Source: Thermodesulfovibrionia bacterium (GTDB lineage Bacteria; Nitrospirota; Thermodesulfovibrionia; JACRGW01). Taken from it: a stretch of DNA of 64,000 nucleotides. The notes beneath the pieces are model-generated. The model searched no databases, had not been told where the DNA came from, and worked only from the letters and a program-made list of their open reading frames with translations. How positions within the stretch are numbered: position 1 is the stretch's first letter; each line of letters starts with the position of its first letter. Where the stretch lies: positions 14,499 through 78,498 of the forward strand of contig CAKKSD010000050.1 of assembly GCA_919902995.1 (NCBI GenBank), read 5' to 3'. A program made the translations under genes and the position numbers. Positions 57,873 through 64,000 of this stretch are shown here, one piece after another.

Positions 57873-58133
57873 ATGAAATTTAAGCCATTGAAAGACAGGG
57901 TATTTGTTAAATATTCAGAAGATGTGGAGAAGACATCAGGTGGTATTTATGTACCTGATGTAGCAAAGGAGAAACCACAGAAAGGTACTGTTGAGGCGGT
58001 AGGAAAAGAGGTGAAAGAGGTGAAGGTAGGTAACACAATTCTTTTTGATAAGTTTTCGGGTTCTAAAATAAATCTCGATAATACAGAGTACCTCATCCTA
58101 AAGGAAGAGGATATCCTCGGTATAATAGAGTAA
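57873..58133 (+). CDS. groES: Co-chaperonin GroES
   Basis: 86 aa with the canonical pattern MKFKPL.DRV.VK.....KT.GGI..PD. Confidence 0.9.
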   Translation: MKFKPLKDRVFVKYSEDVEKTSGGIYVPDVAKEKPQKGTVEAVGKEVKEVKVGNTILFDKFSGSKINLDNTEYLILKEEDILGIIE

Positions 58134-58154
58134 TTAAATACAAGGAGGAAGACT

Positions 58155-59780
58155 ATGGCTAAACAATTGCTTTTTGATGATGCTGCAAGGACATCTATCC
58201 TAAAAGGGGTAATAGTCCTTACCGATGCGGTAAAGGCAACCCTTGGTCCGAAGGGAAGAAATGTTATTATTGACAAAAAATATGGTGCCCCTACTATCAC
58301 AAAAGATGGCGTAACAGTAGCAAAAGAGATAGAGTTAAAGGACCCATACGAAAATATGGGGGCCCAGCTTGTAAGAGAAGTAGCGAGCAAAACAAGTGAT
58401 GTAGCAGGCGATGGAACTACTACTGCTACTGTCCTTGCCTATTCCATCTTTAAGGAAGGCATAAAATATGTAACAGCTGGCGCCAATGCCATGGAAGTGA
58501 AGAGAGGAATAGACAAGTCCGTTGCTGTTGTTGTGGAGGAACTCAAGAAACTTTCAAAGCCAACACAGGAGAAGAAAGAGATCGCTCAGGTAGGAACCAT
58601 CTCTGCCAATAATGATTCAGAAATAGGGAATCTGATTGCTGAGGCAATGGATAAGGTTGGAAAAGACGGTGTAATTACTGTTGAAGAGGCAAAGAGCATG
58701 ACTACCTCTTTAGAGGTGGTAGAAGGGATGCAGTTCGACAGGGGCTATATCTCACCGTATTTCGTTACTGATCCAGAAAGAATGGAAGTCAATCTCGAGG
58801 ATGTCTACATCCTGATCAACGAAAAGAAGGTCAGCGGAATGAAAGATCTCCTTCCGATCCTTGAACAGATCGCGAAGATGGGAAGGCCTCTACTCATAAT
58901 TGCTGAGGATATAGAAGGTGAGGCCCTTGCTACCCTTGTAGTTAATAAACTGAGAGGAACTTTAAGTGTAGCGGCTGTTAAGGCACCTGGATTTGGAGAT
59001 AGACGTAAGGCTATGCTTGACGACATTGGTATCCTTACTGGTGGTCAGATGATTTCAGAGGATATAGGGCTTAAGCTTGAAAATGTGAAGCTCTCTGACC
59101 TCGGCAGGGCAAAGAAGATCCACATTGATAAAGACAACACAACAATAGTAGAAGGCGCTGGGGATTCTGCCAAGATACAGGGTAGGGTTAAACAGATAAA
59201 GACACAGGTAGAAGAAACTACATCTGATTATGACAGGGAAAAGCTCCAGGAAAGGCTTGCTAAACTTGTGGGCGGAGTTGCTGTCATAAATGTTGGTGCC
59301 GCTACAGAGACCGAGATGAAAGAGAAAAAGGCAAGAGTAGAGGATGCCCTGCATGCAACGAGGGCAGCGGTAGAAGAGGGAATCGTCCCTGGTGGAGGTG
59401 TTGCACTATTAAGGTGTATCCCTGCACTCGAAAAGCTTAAGCTTGAAGGGGATCAACAGTTAGGTGTCGCGATTGTTAAGAGGGCCCTCGAGGAACCGAT
59501 AAGGCAGATCGTTAATAACTGTGGGCTTGAAGGCTCAGTAGTAGTTGAGAAGGTGAAGACTGAAAAGACAAACATGGGCTTCGATGCGAATATAGAACAG
59601 TACGTTGATATGATAAGTGCCGGAATCATCGATCCCACAAAGGTCACCCGCTATGCCCTCCAAAATGCCTCCAGCGTAGCAGGACTAATTCTCACAACCT
59701 CTGTTATGGTTACCGATATTCCTGAAGAGAAAAAGGAACCCATGATGCCACCAGGTGGAGGTATGGGCGGAATGTATTAA
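58155..59780 (+). CDS. groEL: Chaperonin GroEL
   Basis: 541 aa with a C-terminal GGM-repeat tail ([10 protein letters not shown]). Confidence 0.95.
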   Translation: MAKQLLFDDAARTSILKGVIVLTDAVKATLGPKGRNVIIDKKYGAPTITKDGVTVAKEIELKDPYENMGAQLVREVASKTSDVAGDGTTTATVLAYSIFKEGIKYVTAGANAMEVKRGIDKSVAVVVEELKKLSKPTQEKKEIAQVGTISANNDSEIGNLIAEAMDKVGKDGVITVEEAKSMTTSLEVVEGMQFDRGYISPYFVTDPERMEVNLEDVYILINEKKVSGMKDLLPILEQIAKMGRPLLIIAEDIEGEALATLVVNKLRGTLSVAAVKAPGFGDRRKAMLDDIGILTGGQMISEDIGLKLENVKLSDLGRAKKIHIDKDNTTIVEGAGDSAKIQGRVKQIKTQVEETTSDYDREKLQERLAKLVGGVAVINVGAATETEMKEKKARVEDALHATRAAVEEGIVPGGGVALLRCIPALEKLKLEGDQQLGVAIVKRALEEPIRQIVNNCGLEGSVVVEKVKTEKTNMGFDANIEQYVDMISAGIIDPTKVTRYALQNASSVAGLILTTSVMVTDIPEEKKEPMMPPGGGMGGMY

Positions 59781-59993
59781 AGATTAAAAATCTGAGTTTT
59801 ATTGAAGGCCCTTTCTTGTTTAATTATGGAAAACAGAAAAGGGCCTTCTCTTCATAATTCCTTTCCTTCCAATACCCGGTCTATATTCTACCTTTCGGTT
59901 TTAGATTGACAATAAAAGAGCAGGTATAATATACTTACAAAAATTTAATCTTATAGATATTCTTTGATGACAAAGAAATAAAAAAATTTATAT

Positions 59994-60344
59994 TTGAAAG
60001 AGGAGGAGATTCTTATGGAAGGTTTATTAAAGGTCAACAGTGAATCATGGGAAAGGGAAGTCTTGGAGGCTAAAGGCCATGTCTTGGTCGATTTCTGGGC
60101 TTCATGGTGTGGTCCATGCATGATGATCGCTCCTATAATTGAAGAAATGGCAACCGAATACGCCGGTAAGCTCAAGGTTTTGAAGTTAAATACCGATGAA
60201 AATCCAGAAATAGCAAGCAGATATAAAATTATGGGGATCCCTACGCTTATATTTTTTAAAGATGGGAAGATCGTAGATCAGATCGTTGGTGCAGTGCCAA
60301 AGTCTCAACTCAAAACAAAAATCGATTCTATGATGGTTAAATAA
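59994..60344 (+). CDS. trxA: Thioredoxin
   Basis: WCGPC active site; the length is 116 aa. Confidence 0.85.
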   Translation: MKEEEILMEGLLKVNSESWEREVLEAKGHVLVDFWASWCGPCMMIAPIIEEMATEYAGKLKVLKLNTDENPEIASRYKIMGIPTLIFFKDGKIVDQIVGAVPKSQLKTKIDSMMVK

Positions 60345-60428
60345 TAACACATTGCTCAAGGGATCATGGTGTATCAGTGTATTGCGATACACCCATACAG
60401 AATCGTCAGATTATAAATCCTTCAGTAA

Positions 60429-61353
60429 TATGACTGGAAAATACGATGTGGTTATTATTGGTGGTGGCCCTGCAGGACTTACTGCAGGGCTTTATACTTC
60501 AAGGGCCATGATGAAATCACTTCTCATAGAAAAAGGCATTCCCGGCGGTCAGATGGCCACTACCTACCGTATTGAAAATTATCCAGGTTTCGATGAAGGC
60601 ATTTCTGGTTTAGAACTTTCGCAAAGAATGGAGAGACAGGCAAGAAAATTCGGTCTTGAGTTCAGTTCGGGAAGGGTTGAGGAAATTAGACTTGATGATA
60701 ATGAAAAGGTTCTTATAACAGATGATGGTCTTGAAATAAGGACAAAGGCATTAATCATTGCGACAGGAGTAGAGCCAAAGAGTCTTAAAGTGGATGGGGA
60801 AGAAAGATTCAGGGGAAGGGGGGTTTCCTATTGTGCTACCTGCGATGGTGCCTTCTTCCGTGACAAGAAGATAGCGGTAATAGGAGGGGGAGACTCGGCA
60901 CTCGAAGAAGCACTCTTCCTTACACGCTTTGCAGAGGAGATCTTCATTATTCATAGAAGAGATAAGCTCAGGGCAACAAGGATATTACAGGAGAGAGCCT
61001 TTGAAGAGAGTAAAATTAAGTTCATATGGGATTCCTTTGTAGAAAAAATAGAGGGGGATGATACTGTAAATAAAATAGTAATACGAAACCTTAAGAACGA
61101 TAAAACTGAATTCTTTTCAGTTAGTGGGGTCTTTATCTATATTGGCTCCAACTCAAATACAGAGTTTCTCCGTGGTTTAGTTAATCTCGATAGTAATGGT
61201 TTCATAATTACAGATGAAAAAATGGCTACTTCTGTTCCAGGCATATATGCAGCCGGAGATGTAAGAACTAAAACATTAAAACAGATAGCTACTGCTGTTG
61301 GTGATGGTGCAATAGCTGCCAAATCAGCTGAGAAATATATAGAAGATAAGTAA
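60429..61353 (+). CDS. trxB: Thioredoxin-disulfide reductase
   Basis: The FAD motif VVIIGGGPAG and the redox-active CATC are present. The start is chosen at MTGKYDV. The ORF-track start at 60352 adds a non-conserved 26-aa leader. Confidence 0.8.
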
Positions 61354-61859
61354 TGGTGATAAGAAGAGGAATCACAGTTGGAATTATCTTATCCTCTCTT
61401 TTTTTAATCGCTAATGGCTGTGTAAAAAAAGAACGAAAGGCTACTATTGGAAACCCTGCCCCTGAATTTACACTCACCGATCTCACTGGGAAAAAGGTAA
61501 GATTATCAGATTATAGCGGGAAGGTAGTGCTTATTGATTTCTGGGCAACCTGGTGTCCTCCATGCAAGGAATCTATCCCTTTCTTGGAATCTCTTTATCA
61601 AAGATACAAGGAAAGGGGGTTTGTGGTTATCGGAATATCACTGGATGAAGAGACTGAAATAGTAGAGAGGTTTAAAAAGAGATTCAAAATTACCTATCCT
61701 ATCCTTATGGGGGAAGAAAAGACTAAAAAAGACTATCGCATTACAGGGCTTCCTGAGATGTTTATCCTGGAAAGGAATGGTAATCTCAGGTATCACCACT
61801 TAGGCTTTAACAAGTCTCTTAAAGACAAGATTGACAAAGAGATAAAAGGTCTCCTTTAA
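61353..61859 (+). CDS. TlpA-family thiol:disulfide oxidoreductase lipoprotein (redoxin)
   Basis: A lipobox (LIANGC) and a thioredoxin fold with WCPPC are present. Confidence 0.7.
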   Translation: MVIRRGITVGIILSSLFLIANGCVKKERKATIGNPAPEFTLTDLTGKKVRLSDYSGKVVLIDFWATWCPPCKESIPFLESLYQRYKERGFVVIGISLDEETEIVERFKKRFKITYPILMGEEKTKKDYRITGLPEMFILERNGNLRYHHLGFNKSLKDKIDKEIKGLL

Positions 61860-61865
61860 GGTATC

Positions 61866-63287
61866 TCAACCCAACCTCTTTTTTAGGAGCTCATTAACCA
61901 TGGCAGGGTTAGCTTTACCATGGGTTGCCTTCATGACCTGACCTACAAAGAACCCGAAGAGCTTTTCTTTTCCTGCCTTATATTCAGTAACCTGATTTGA
62001 GTTTTCCTCTATAATTCCATCAATTATTTTAAGAAGTTCATCCTGATCAGATACCTGAAGTAATCCCTTATCCTTAACTATTGCCATCGCAGCCTTACCC
62101 GTTCTGTACATATCCTCAAATACTGTTTTTGCAATCTTACCGCTTATCACATCTTCATCAATAAGTCTCAGCATATCGACAAGCTGTTGGGGACGAATCG
62201 GACATTCCATTATTTCTTTATTATCCAGATTAAGCAGTCTCATAAGTTCACCCATAATCCAGTTACTTATTACCTTAGGCTGTCTGTAATGCCTTAGGCA
62301 TTCTTCAAAATAATCTGCCATTTCCTTAGTTGATGTGAGAAGGTCAGAATCGTATTCAGGAAGACCATAATCCTTTACAAACCTCTCTCTCTTTATATGT
62401 GGTAACTCAGGTAAGCCCTCCCTTATCTCATCTATCCACGCCATATCAATTACAACCGGAACAAGATCTGGTTCGGGAAAATAGCGGTAATCATGTGCCT
62501 CTTCCTTTGTCCTCATCGACATCGTTATTCCCTGTTCGGGTTCCCAGAGCCTTGTTTGCTGAATGATTTTTCCCTTTTCCTCTAATATATCCTTCTGTCT
62601 CTTAATCTCATATTCGAGCGCCTGTCTCACATGTTTGAAGGAGTTCATATTCTTTATCTCTGTCTTTATTCCAAATTCTTCTGCCCCCACCGGCCTGATA
62701 GAGACATTCGCGTCGCACCTGAGACTCCCCTGCTCCATATTCCCATCACAAACATCGAGATACCTGAGGATAGACCTCAATTTTATCACATACTCCGATG
62801 CCTCTTCAGGGCTTCTTATATCAGGTTTACTCACTATCTCCATAAGGGGAACCCCTGCCCTGTTTAGGTCCACATGGCTCGCCCCAATTTCATGGATATT
62901 CTTTCCTGCATCCTCCTCGAGATGGACCCTTGTAATGCCTATACCCCTGATTTTTCCATTAACAACTATCTCAATATACCCTTCTGTTGCTATAGGAAGT
63001 TCATACTGTGAGATCTGGTATCCTTTTGGAAGATCGGGATAAAAATAGTTCTTCCTCGCAAACCGGCTGTATGAAGCAATCGAGCAGTTTAATGCAAGGC
63101 CTGTCTTTATAGTAAACTCAATTGCCTTCTTATTCATAACAGGAAGTACACCGGGCATGCCAATACAAATCGGACAGGTCTGGGAATTTGGAGGCTCCCC
63201 AAATTTAGTGCTACACCCACAAAACATCTTCGATTTCGTTAAGAGCTGTGCATGTACCTCAAGCCCTATGACCGCTTCGTATCGCAT
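61866..63287 (-). CDS. gatB: Asp-tRNA(Asn)/Glu-tRNA(Gln) amidotransferase subunit B
   Basis: The N-terminus [15 protein letters not shown] matches GatB. Length and overall profile fit the family. Confidence 0.9.
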   Translation of the reverse strand: MRYEAVIGLEVHAQLLTKSKMFCGCSTKFGEPPNSQTCPICIGMPGVLPVMNKKAIEFTIKTGLALNCSIASYSRFARKNYFYPDLPKGYQISQYELPIATEGYIEIVVNGKIRGIGITRVHLEEDAGKNIHEIGASHVDLNRAGVPLMEIVSKPDIRSPEEASEYVIKLRSILRYLDVCDGNMEQGSLRCDANVSIRPVGAEEFGIKTEIKNMNSFKHVRQALEYEIKRQKDILEEKGKIIQQTRLWEPEQGITMSMRTKEEAHDYRYFPEPDLVPVVIDMAWIDEIREGLPELPHIKRERFVKDYGLPEYDSDLLTSTKEMADYFEECLRHYRQPKVISNWIMGELMRLLNLDNKEIMECPIRPQQLVDMLRLIDEDVISGKIAKTVFEDMYRTGKAAMAIVKDKGLLQVSDQDELLKIIDGIIEENSNQVTEYKAGKEKLFGFFVGQVMKATHGKANPAMVNELLKKRLG

Positions 63288-63352
63288 AATTAACCTTCTT
63301 ATCTTTTCTTATTTAGGTTTCACCTTTATTATAAACACACCCCTACCCCTCT

Positions 63353-63751
63353 TTAATGTGTTTCCAAAAAACGCTGCGGTGTTACTATATTGATTCCCAT
63401 ATATTCCTTTATAACAAGGATCTTCTTATCACCTGTTATAACAGCATCCGCTTTTAATGCCACAGCACATTCAATAAACTTATCATCATCAGGGTCTTTT
63501 TTTACAATACTTATCTTTGGTGTTTTTGTGGTAAACAGGAGGTTAAAGCCCCTTGAGAATAGAGCTAACAACTCTTCAAGCTCATGCTCGTCTTTCAGAC
63601 CGATTCTGCAAAGGACATCCACATATTCTTCAAGAATTGCCTTTGACAGGCAGAGGGTTATTTTTTCTTTCTTCCACAGATCAATAATTTTTCTCGGATT
63701 TCCGCCAAAAAAAGATGAAACAAAGATATTCGTATCAATGACAACCTTCAT
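63353..63751 (-). CDS. PIN-domain toxin-like protein (TIGR00305-type)
   Basis: 132 aa with an N-terminal VVIDTNIF acidic motif and C-terminal ITGDKK. It overlaps the upstream RHH gene by 4 nt. Confidence 0.7.
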   Translation of the reverse strand: MKVVIDTNIFVSSFFGGNPRKIIDLWKKEKITLCLSKAILEEYVDVLCRIGLKDEHELEELLALFSRGFNLLFTTKTPKISIVKKDPDDDKFIECAVALKADAVITGDKKILVIKEYMGINIVTPQRFLETH

Positions 63752-63996
63752 CCCTGTTTAATGCGAGATGCCTTTATAGCCTTTTCTATCCCTGCAGGAG
63801 TTACGCCTTTTGATTTAAGCTTTTTCCCTGTTCTATTCCATAGGTCATCAATGTATGCTCCGATATCGCGTTCATTAATACGTTCTTCTATTATCTCCCT
63901 GACCATTTCGCTTGTTGTTTTACCTTCAAGTCTCGCAAGTCTATTGAGCCTGTTTTTGACCTCTTCATCTATCCTTATAATCATCTGTGTCGTCAT
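63748..63996 (-). CDS. Ribbon-helix-helix (CopG-like) putative antitoxin
   Basis: 82 aa. The N-terminus MIIRIDEEVKNRLNRLARLEGKTTSEMVREII fits the RHH beta-alpha-alpha pattern. Confidence 0.55.
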   Translation of the reverse strand: MTTQMIIRIDEEVKNRLNRLARLEGKTTSEMVREIIEERINERDIGAYIDDLWNRTGKKLKSKGVTPAGIEKAIKASRIKQG

Positions 63997-64000
63997 ATCC

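Noticed and set aside
59804-59850. Long stem GAAGGCCCTTTC...GAAAAGGGCCTTC after groEL as a terminator
   Set aside because: There is an 11-bp stem but a 20-nt loop and a weak U-tract (TCTCTTCATAATT). It possibly marks a transcript 3' end but is not a confident intrinsic terminator, so it was not listed as a feature.
60368-60393. Hairpin GGTGTATC-N10-GATACACC between trxA and trxB
   Set aside because: Perfect 8-bp stem but no T-run and only 8 bp, so it could be chance. It is also linked to uncertainty in the trxB start (60352 versus 60429).
1-64000. Searched for transposases, integrases, phage genes and an att-like tRNA-adjacent island at tRNA-Asp
   Set aside because: None are recognisable. 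The tRNA-Asp is flanked by galT-like and ndk housekeeping genes, with no direct repeat of its 3' end nearby.

Overview
This is about 64 kb of bacterial chromosome at roughly 40% GC, densely packed with housekeeping genes on both strands. The gene content (Re-citrate-synthase-like enzyme, archaeal-type PEP carboxylase, split transketolase, HD-GYP and MshEN c-di-GMP proteins) suggests an anaerobe, possibly of the Nitrospirota/Thermodesulfovibrio type, but that is inference only. Recognisable genes include clpC, nfo, lnt, prfB with its programmed +1 frameshift, mntP, archaeal-type PEP carboxylase, CaCA and Kef-type cation transporters, accA, dnaE and mdh. An isocitrate-DH-like gene and a homocitrate/Re-citrate-synthase-like gene sit together, followed by an HD-GYP response regulator, surA-like, tonB-like, atpB-atpE, gltX, glnS, scpA, trpS and a PEPCK-like gene. 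The rest of the window holds a galT-like gene, tRNA-Asp, ndk, a geranylgeranyl-reductase-like gene, polA, split transketolase, ftsEX-envC-ctpA, CIRCE-groESL, trxA-trxB-tlpA and gatB. No transposase, integrase or CRISPR array is present. Six observations stand out. (1) A dispersed family of short hairpin repeats (GTCATTCC-stem-loop-GGAATCCAG) occurs in at least eight intergenic clusters and once in frame inside an MFS transporter gene. (2) An orphan V-type ATPase subunit D gene appears co-oriented with an MshEN-type c-di-GMP receptor protein, next to a secreted Trp-rich repeat protein. (3) A roughly 2.4 kb Kef-containing segment is bracketed by a duplicated about 30 bp CaCA gene start. (4) A ChrB-like locus carries a near-consensus promoter, a palindromic operator and a start-codon-sequestering leader hairpin, next to mntP. 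(5) There are three toxin-antitoxin-like pairs. (6) A candidate Re-citrate synthase lies in a mdh/idh neighbourhood. All calls are from reading the sequence and the six-frame ORFs; no searches were run.
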